Of a stretch of 64,000 nt of DNA, positions 57,868-64,000 are shown in pieces. Under the pieces are notes generated by a model. That model did no database searches, was not told the DNA's origin, and saw only the letters and a list, made by a program, of their open reading frames with translations. Source of the stretch: Bacteroidota bacterium (lineage in GTDB: Bacteria > Bacteroidota > Bacteroidia > Chitinophagales > Chitinophagaceae); assembly GCA_026391415.1 (NCBI GenBank), contig JAPLEL010000098.1, positions 1,162-65,161 of the forward strand, read 5' to 3'. The position numbers were made by a program, and so were the translations under genes. Within the stretch, counting starts at the first letter, position 1. Every line of letters begins with the position of its first letter.

Positions 57868-58612
57868 AAGGAAATTTGCTACGTATTTCGTTTAGGGTTT
57901 CTTTGTGTAATGCTATGCTGTGCACAGTGGCTTCATCGGCTTGTGTAAACAAAATATTTCCTAGTGGATCAATGATGGTACTGTCGCCACTATGGTAATT
58001 TTTATTTCCATCTTCGCCTACTCTATTTACGCCAATTACATAACACTGATTTTCAATGGCACGCGCCGCTAGCAAGGTTTTCCACGCATGGCTTCTTGAT
58101 GCGGGCCAGTTGGCAACCACAATTAATATATCGTATTCTGGATTTGCTTGATCGGCTTGACGCGTCCATACAGGAAAACGCAAATCATAACAAACAAGCA
58201 ATTGTATTTTAAAACCATTTACACTGGTAATAAGTCTTTTTGTGCCTGCTGTGTAGTATTTGTCTTCGCCAGCAAAAGCAAACAAATGTCTTTTATCGTA
58301 ATAACCAAAACTACCATTGGGCAGCATCCAAATTAATCGATTAAAATATTGTTGATTTTCTTCTATAATAATACTGCCCGTTAAAATAATTGTATGATTA
58401 ACGGCCATTTTTTTCATCCAAGTAACCGTTGGGCCATCCATTGTTTCGGCTAATTCTTTTGCGCGCATACTAAATCCAGTACTAAACATTTCTGGCAAAA
58501 CAACCAGGTTTGTTTTTTGGGTAATGGCATTTATTTTTTGTTCGAACTGCAAAAGATTTGCCAACTTGTCTTCCCAAAATAAATCAGATTGAATAATAGT
58601 GGCGGTTAACAT
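57830..58612 (-). CDS. carbon-nitrogen hydrolase (nitrilase superfamily, omega-amidase-like)
   Basis: Glu-Lys-Cys triad contexts are present (VVLPEMF, YDKRHLF, LVCYDLRFP). Confidence 0.85.
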   Translation of the reverse strand: MLTATIIQSDLFWEDKLANLLQFEQKINAITQKTNLVVLPEMFSTGFSMRAKELAETMDGPTVTWMKKMAVNHTIILTGSIIIEENQQYFNRLIWMLPNGSFGYYDKRHLFAFAGEDKYYTAGTKRLITSVNGFKIQLLVCYDLRFPVWTRQADQANPEYDILIVVANWPASRSHAWKTLLAARAIENQCYVIGVNRVGEDGNKNYHSGDSTIIDPLGNILFTQADEATVHSIALHKETLNEIRSKFPFGKDADAFQIIQ

Positions 58613-58667
58613 AATGGCGGCTGTTTGTAGTTACAATATTACTAAATGCTAAGAAGGAATTGATTAA

Positions 58668-59147
58668 TTAAGTTTCGTTGGGTGCTTGAAGCTTCAGGAT
58701 TGCTGTTCTAATTAAATTCGATTCATATCCTTTTTGAAGTAAATAATTTGTTGCTTTTACTTTTTTATTTAAGGTTGTTTCTTTTTTTAAGGTGTTCCAC
58801 TTAACACTAGCCAATTGCTGCAAACAAGTCAGGTAATCGTTTTGGTCAATTTCATCTAACGCTTTCTGAATATTATAGCTACTTACTCTTTGTTGTTTTA
58901 GTGCAGCAGTTATTTTTATTTTCCCCCATTTCTTTATTCTAAAATGTCCGCCAACAAACCGCAATGCATATCGTTGTTCGTTTAAATAATTCTCTTCTAT
59001 CAGCTGCGACAGCAAAATATCTACGTCTTTTTTATAAAGCCCCATAGAAAAAAGCTTCTCTTTAGTGGCTTGATGGCTTCGTTCTTGATAGGCGCAGTAT
59101 TGTTTTATTTTTTGGAATGCCTGCTCTGGGGTAAGCGATATTTTCAT
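58668..59147 (-). CDS. recX: regulatory protein RecX
   Basis: 159 aa. The N-terminal CAYQERSHQATKEKL and the helical repeat layout are typical of RecX. Confidence 0.75.
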   Translation of the reverse strand: MKISLTPEQAFQKIKQYCAYQERSHQATKEKLFSMGLYKKDVDILLSQLIEENYLNEQRYALRFVGGHFRIKKWGKIKITAALKQQRVSSYNIQKALDEIDQNDYLTCLQQLASVKWNTLKKETTLNKKVKATNYLLQKGYESNLIRTAILKLQAPNET

Positions 59148-59236
59148 TACAGATTGTTTTGATTTAGAGCGATAAAAATTTATATTTGTAATGATTGCTT
59201 TGCTTTGGCAAATGCAAATTAAACAATAACTTTTTT

Positions 59237-59647
59237 ATGACCCCTCCGCTAAAAAATGTTTGGTTGATAGATGATGACAAAATCTTTCAATTCACAGCTA
59301 CCATGATTTTAGAGTCTACAGGGTTAACCAAAACCGTCCACACTTTCTTAAATGGCAAAGAAGCCATGAATTTTTTAACGGATTCCAAAACCAACCAAAA
59401 TACTCAATTACCCGATATAATTTTTTTAGACATTAATATGCCCGTAATGAATGGCTGGGAGTTTTTAGAGGAGTTTCAACAGTTTTCAGGCACCCTATCC
59501 CATCCTATAAAAATCTACCTAGTTAGTTCATCGGTGGATGAATCAGATATTATTGAGTCTAAAAAATACCCATCTATAACCGATTATGTGATTAAGCCCC
59601 TTAATCGCAACAAGTGCTGCCAACTGCTTAGCGGCCAGGATAAGTAG
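59237..59647 (+). CDS. single-domain response regulator (receiver only)
   Basis: Acidic pocket (WLIDDD), a phospho-acceptor context (IIFLDINMP) and a conserved Lys region (VIKP). The ATG at 59237 is preferred. Confidence 0.8.
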   Translation: MTPPLKNVWLIDDDKIFQFTATMILESTGLTKTVHTFLNGKEAMNFLTDSKTNQNTQLPDIIFLDINMPVMNGWEFLEEFQQFSGTLSHPIKIYLVSSSVDESDIIESKKYPSITDYVIKPLNRNKCCQLLSGQDK

Positions 59648-59770
59648 CAAATACGCTGTACCAATCCACAACTCATTAACATTAATGTGAATCTTCTCTA
59701 AAACCTCTATTTCTATTGGTGTAATATTAACATTTTGCAGTAGGTTTGTTGCCAACCTAAATTCTGCAGA

Positions 59771-60886
59771 ATGAAATTTATTGTTTCGTCCACCTCATTG
59801 TTAAAACACCTGCAGCAGATCAGCGGTGTAATCAACGCAAACACAGTATTACCAATACTTGAGGACTTTTTATTTGAAATAGAAGACAAAAAATTAAACG
59901 TAGTAGCTACCGATCTAGAAACCGTAATGCGGGTTCAGATGGACGTAGAAAGTAAAGTGAACGGAAAAGTGTGTATTCCGGCAAAAATTTTGTTGGATAC
60001 CCTTAAAAACATAGCCGATCAGCCACTAACCTTTAATATCGACAAAAACTTTGCCGTTGAAATTACTAGCGACAATGGTAAGTACAAGGTAATGGGTGAG
60101 AATCCAGATAATTTTCCAAAAGAGCCAGCAGCAGACGATACCACAGGTTTTAATATGTCGAGCAGCGCACTATTAACCGCCATCAACAAAACCTTGTTTG
60201 CAGTTAGTAACGACGATTTGCGTCCTGCAATGACGGGTGTTTTCTTTGAATTAACCAAAGAGAGCGTTCAGTTTGTTGCTACCGATGCGCATCGCTTGGT
60301 TCGATACAAACGTACCGATGCAAAAGCGAGTAAAATTGATTCGTTCATTGTGCCAAAAAAGCCGTTGAATTTATTAAAGAATGCTTTGCCCGACAACGAC
60401 GACGAATTAACCATCACCTATAATAGCAATCATTTATTTGTAAAGCATGGCTCTACACATATGATTTGTAGACTAATTGATGCACGTTTCCCAGACTATA
60501 AAGTGGTAATTCCTATTGACAATCCTTATAGCTTAATTGTAAACAAATCAGATTTTCAAAGCGCTTTACGTAGAGTAAACGTATTCTCTAATAAAAGCAC
60601 CAACCAGGTTGCGTTAAATATTAGCGGAAGCGAATTGCAATTAGCAGCACAAGATGTAGACTTTAGTTTTGAAGGCAACGAGCGCATGAGTTGTCAATAC
60701 GATGGCGATGACTTACAAATTGCATTCAATGCAAAATTCTTAATTGAAATGCTGAATGCAGCAGATACAGACGATGTAAAAGTTGAATTGTCTACTTCTA
60801 CTAAAGCAGGTTTAATTAAACCAACAGAACAAGCTGCTGGTGAAGAATTGCTAATGTTAGTGATGCCTTTAATGTTGAATAATTAA
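59771..60886 (+). CDS. dnaN: DNA polymerase III beta sliding clamp
   Basis: 371 aa, collinear DnaN sequence (LPILEDFLFE, ATDAHRLV, ELLMLVMP). Confidence 0.95.
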   Translation: MKFIVSSTSLLKHLQQISGVINANTVLPILEDFLFEIEDKKLNVVATDLETVMRVQMDVESKVNGKVCIPAKILLDTLKNIADQPLTFNIDKNFAVEITSDNGKYKVMGENPDNFPKEPAADDTTGFNMSSSALLTAINKTLFAVSNDDLRPAMTGVFFELTKESVQFVATDAHRLVRYKRTDAKASKIDSFIVPKKPLNLLKNALPDNDDELTITYNSNHLFVKHGSTHMICRLIDARFPDYKVVIPIDNPYSLIVNKSDFQSALRRVNVFSNKSTNQVALNISGSELQLAAQDVDFSFEGNERMSCQYDGDDLQIAFNAKFLIEMLNAADTDDVKVELSTSTKAGLIKPTEQAAGEELLMLVMPLMLNN

Positions 60887-60907
60887 TTGAATAAATATTT
60901 TGTTGAA

Positions 60908-60936
60908 ATGCCTCCGCACAGCGGGGGCATTTTTTA
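60908..60936 (+). terminator. rho-independent terminator candidate after dnaN
   Basis: Stem ATGCCTCCGC/GCGGGGGCAT followed by TTTTTT. Confidence 0.7.
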
Positions 60937-60996
60937 TTAGACAAACCCATAGCCGAATGGTTTTTGTTTGTAAATTGTTGTTTCAATTGCTGCACT

Positions 60997-61818
60997 ATGA
61001 TAGAATCTGTTATTCATTATTTTGAACATATTTCAAGTTTACACCGTGCACTAATTTTAGCAGGTGGGATTAGTTTTTTTTGGTTGATAGAAGGTTTTGT
61101 GCCTTTATTTAATTTCAAATACCAAAAATGGAAACATGCATCGATTAATATTTTTTTTACACTCACTACCATTATCATCAATTTTGTATTTGCCTTATTT
61201 ATTGTAAAAACAAGTGATTGGACAGTGGCTCACCAATTTGGTTTGATGCAATTATTCCCAATGCCATTATGGGCTTTTATGCTAGTAGGATTGTTATTGC
61301 TAGATTTAATAGGCGCCTATTTTATTCATTGGGTAGAACACAAAACCAAATGGATGTGGAAATTTCATATGGTGCACCATGCCGATACACATGTAGACAC
61401 AACTTCAGCTAATCGACACCATCCTGGTGAAAGTGTATTTAGGGCTGTTTTTACAACATTAGGCGTGCTTATTTGCGGTGCGCCAATGTGGTTGGTTATG
61501 TTGTACCAAAGTTTAAGTGCGGTGCTCTCTCAATTTAATCATGCCAATATTCGTTTGCCTTTGTGGTTAGATACGACTATCAGTTGGCTGGTTGTATCGC
61601 CCAATATGCACAAGGTGCACCACCATTTTCAGCGTCCGCAAACGGATAGTAATTATGGCAATATTTTTTCTATTTGGGATCGATTGTTGGGTACGTTTAA
61701 TGCAACCCCTATTCAAGAAATTAAATATGGCTTAGACGTACTGGATAATAGCCAAGACGAAAACCTAGGCTTCCAATTAAAAATTCCTTTCGACGGATCG
61801 GTGAAAACAGATTATTGA
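60997..61818 (+). CDS. sterol desaturase / fatty acid hydroxylase family membrane protein
   Basis: Histidine boxes HWVEH, HMVHH and HKVHHH. A paralog in kind of 5454..6215. Confidence 0.85.
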   Translation: MIESVIHYFEHISSLHRALILAGGISFFWLIEGFVPLFNFKYQKWKHASINIFFTLTTIIINFVFALFIVKTSDWTVAHQFGLMQLFPMPLWAFMLVGLLLLDLIGAYFIHWVEHKTKWMWKFHMVHHADTHVDTTSANRHHPGESVFRAVFTTLGVLICGAPMWLVMLYQSLSAVLSQFNHANIRLPLWLDTTISWLVVSPNMHKVHHHFQRPQTDSNYGNIFSIWDRLLGTFNATPIQEIKYGLDVLDNSQDENLGFQLKIPFDGSVKTDY

Positions 61819-61853
61819 TTTGATAAACTGCATCTTTGCATAAAATATAATTC

Positions 61854-62579
61854 ATGAAAATAGCTGCTTTTATTCCGGCCCGTTATGCAGCCACGCGTTT
61901 TCCTGCAAAATTAATGCAGCAATTGGGCCCTAAAACAGTCATTCAACACACTTATGATAACACAGTAGCCACAGGATTATTTAATGAAGTAATTGTGGTA
62001 ACTGATAGCGATATTATTTATCAAGAAATTACTTCAAATGGTGGCAAAGCAGTAATGAGTGTGCGCACCCACGAAAGCGGTAGTGATAGAATTGCAGAAG
62101 CGGCAGAAAATATAGACGTAGATATTATTGTGAACGTACAAGGAGACGAACCCTTTGTACAAAAAGAACCCCTCCAACAATTAATAGCTGTTTTTTCGGG
62201 AACCGCAGGTGAGCAAGTGCAAGTAGCGTCTTTAATGCAGGTATTAAAAGATCCAGCACAAATTGAAGATCCTAATTATGTAAAAGTAGCGGTAGACAGA
62301 AATATGAATTCGCTGTTTTTTTCTAGGAGTGTAATTCCATATCCGCGCAGCAAAGAAAGCCCAATAATTTATTACGAACATATAGGCGTTTATGCTTTTA
62401 GAAAAGCCGCATTAATGCAGTTTACCAATTGGCCAATTACCCCACTAGAAGCAGCAGAAAAAATTGAATGTTTGCGTTATTTAGAATATGGCATTCCTTT
62501 AAAGATGGTTGTTACAGAATATATGGGTGTTGAAATTGATACACCGGCAGATTTGATAAAGGCGGCTAGTTTATTGTAG
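61854..62579 (+). CDS. kdsB: 3-deoxy-manno-octulosonate cytidylyltransferase
   Basis: IPARYAATRFPAKL, SGSDRIAEA and NVQGDEP are KdsB hallmarks. Confidence 0.93.
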   Translation: MKIAAFIPARYAATRFPAKLMQQLGPKTVIQHTYDNTVATGLFNEVIVVTDSDIIYQEITSNGGKAVMSVRTHESGSDRIAEAAENIDVDIIVNVQGDEPFVQKEPLQQLIAVFSGTAGEQVQVASLMQVLKDPAQIEDPNYVKVAVDRNMNSLFFSRSVIPYPRSKESPIIYYEHIGVYAFRKAALMQFTNWPITPLEAAEKIECLRYLEYGIPLKMVVTEYMGVEIDTPADLIKAASLL

Positions 62580-62633
62580 TGCATTAACCGATACCGTATC
62601 TTTGTTTTTTAAATCAAGCACCAAATAATTTTT

Positions 62634-63713
62634 ATGGCAAGCGCTTTTCGTAATTTAAAATTGGTTAGCAATATGGTATTTGGACGTGGAAGTTTTCATC
62701 AGCTAGATGAAATATTAGCGCCACAAAGAAAAGCCGATGCGCCCATGGTGTTTTTGGTGGATCATTTTTTTGAAGGAAAACCTTTGGCCAATCGAATTCC
62801 ATTAAGGGGCAAAGACAAAATTATTTTTGTAGATACAACCCTCGAACCCAAAACAACACAGGTAGATAAACTAGCACAAAATTTATTAGCAGAATTTGGC
62901 AGCATTAGTGGCGTGATAGGCGTTGGTGGCGGATCTGCATTGGATTTAGCAAAAGCAGTTTCTTTGATGATGAACAATCCTGGATCTTCTGCAGATTATC
63001 AGGGTTGGGATTTGGTGAAATTTCCTGGCGTTTATAAAGTAGGTATTCCAACACTTAGTGGAACTGGGGCAGAAGTTAGTAGAACAACGGTATTAACGGG
63101 CCCTACTAGAAAACTAGGAATGAATTCAGACTTCACACCATTCGATCAAATAATTTTAGATCCTGAATTAACCAAAGACGCTCCATCGAACCAACGTTTT
63201 TATACTGGTATGGATTGTTATATTCATTGCATAGAAAGTTTAGAAGGAACTTTTTTAAACGAGTTCAGTAAAGGTTACGGCGAGAAAGCAATGCAATTAT
63301 GCCAAAAAGTTTTTGTAGAAAAAACGCAGTGGGATGATGCTTCCGACGATCAATTAATGATGGCATCTTATGCAGGCGGAATGAGTATTGCATATTCGCA
63401 AGTAGGTGTGGCACATGCCGTGAGTTATGGCCTGAGTTATTTGTTAGGAACCAAACACGGAATAGGCAATTGTATTGTGATGAATCATTTAGAAGAATAT
63501 TACCCTGCAGGTGTGAAAGAATTTAAATCGATGGTAGAAAAAAACAATATTGAAATTCCAGTAGGTATTTGCAAAGGGTTAACCGAAGATGATTTTGATA
63601 AAATGATAAATGTGTCATTGGGCATGAAACCCTTGTGGGAGAACGCGCTTGGAAAAGACTGGGAAAAAATTATAACCCGCGAAAAACTGCGTGTGTTGTA
63701 TGATAAATTTTAG
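62634..63713 (+). CDS. iron-containing alcohol dehydrogenase family protein
   Basis: GVGGGSALDLAK nucleotide-binding loop and a His-rich metal site region (HCIESL, HAVSYGL). Confidence 0.8.
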   Translation: MASAFRNLKLVSNMVFGRGSFHQLDEILAPQRKADAPMVFLVDHFFEGKPLANRIPLRGKDKIIFVDTTLEPKTTQVDKLAQNLLAEFGSISGVIGVGGGSALDLAKAVSLMMNNPGSSADYQGWDLVKFPGVYKVGIPTLSGTGAEVSRTTVLTGPTRKLGMNSDFTPFDQIILDPELTKDAPSNQRFYTGMDCYIHCIESLEGTFLNEFSKGYGEKAMQLCQKVFVEKTQWDDASDDQLMMASYAGGMSIAYSQVGVAHAVSYGLSYLLGTKHGIGNCIVMNHLEEYYPAGVKEFKSMVEKNNIEIPVGICKGLTEDDFDKMINVSLGMKPLWENALGKDWEKIITREKLRVLYDKF

Positions 63714-63729
63714 TAAAATTTTCTTCAAT

Positions 63730-63879
63730 TTATTTTTTTTTATAAATTAAATAATAAGCATAAATCAAAATTATAGTATAAAACAAAAAAGCAAATTTTT
63801 GAATGCTATCATTTTGTATCCTAAATAACCAAGGCATTGTTATACCCCAAAAAAGCAGTATCCAATTTGATTTTTTCAT
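63730..63879 (-). CDS. hypothetical small membrane protein
   Basis: 50 codons from the ATG at 63879 (MKKSNWILLFWGITMPWLF...) with two hydrophobic stretches. Weak evidence. Confidence 0.3.
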   Translation of the reverse strand: MKKSNWILLFWGITMPWLFRIQNDSIQKFAFLFYTIILIYAYYLIYKKK

Positions 63880-63880
63880 T

Positions 63881-64000
63881 TTATATGTTTTTCTTTTTTT
63901 GACATTCTTGATAATCTTCTTTTGCATCTTCAAAACACCAAGCAGTAGTTACAATAACCGTTAAAACGCATGCCGGAGCGGCTGGGCCAGAAAGAAAACA
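63881..64000 (-). CDS. 3' end of an unidentified minus-strand ORF entering from the window edge
   Basis: 39 codons are open from the edge to the TAA at 63881-63883 (...VLTVIVTTAWCFEDAKEDYQECQKKKNI). Identity unknown. Confidence 0.2.
   Translation of the reverse strand, partial: CFLSGPAAPACVLTVIVTTAWCFEDAKEDYQECQKKKNI

Noticed and set aside
1-64000. tRNA, rRNA, CRISPR or insertion-sequence transposase genes
   Set aside because: Visual scanning of all intergenic regions longer than about 100 nt found no cloverleaf-like GTTCRANYC boxes and no rRNA-like conserved blocks. I also found no repeat-spacer arrays and no transposase-like ORFs. A tRNAscan or Infernal run would be needed to be certain.

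Overview
AT-rich Bacteroidota-type chromosomal segment, judged from the SusC/SusD pair, a DUF6377-type regulator, a GH3-family gene, a DUF2480-like gene and leader-poor gene starts. Both flanks (1-19.3 kb and 36.5-64 kb) are ordinary housekeeping DNA: polA, nadA, recA, mgsA, uvrB, a UvrD-type helicase, pnuC plus an NadR-like kinase, mtgA, thiL, nagA, recX, dnaN, kdsB and envelope or carbohydrate enzymes. Between the PhzF-family gene and a cyclophilin gene lies an accessory island of about 17 kb (about 19.35-36.5 kb), read almost entirely on the minus strand. A XerC/D-sized tyrosine recombinase (35574..36440) sits at its upstream end. Next comes a regulator / histidine-phosphatase / SusD / SusC block, flanked by two diverged direct copies of a noncoding module that contains a covarying hairpin. 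After that is an array of short gene cassettes: an HNH-DGQHR fusion nuclease, a HigBA-like pair, a Fic protein, an outer-membrane barrel, a Uma2-like protein, a tandem-repeat lipoprotein, a HigB remnant and a PIN/DUF6364-like pair. The cassettes are separated by six related attC-like imperfect palindromes with (Y)GC(A)TAAC ... GTTATGC/GTTAGCG ends. My main hypothesis is an integron-like cassette platform, with the recombinase in the same orientation as the cassettes but lacking the IntI-specific insertion. It carries toxin-antitoxin modules and candidate defence genes, of which the HNH-DGQHR protein is the most interesting. I saw no rRNA, tRNA or CRISPR array. All calls come from reading the sequence and the ORF translations only; no database search was run.
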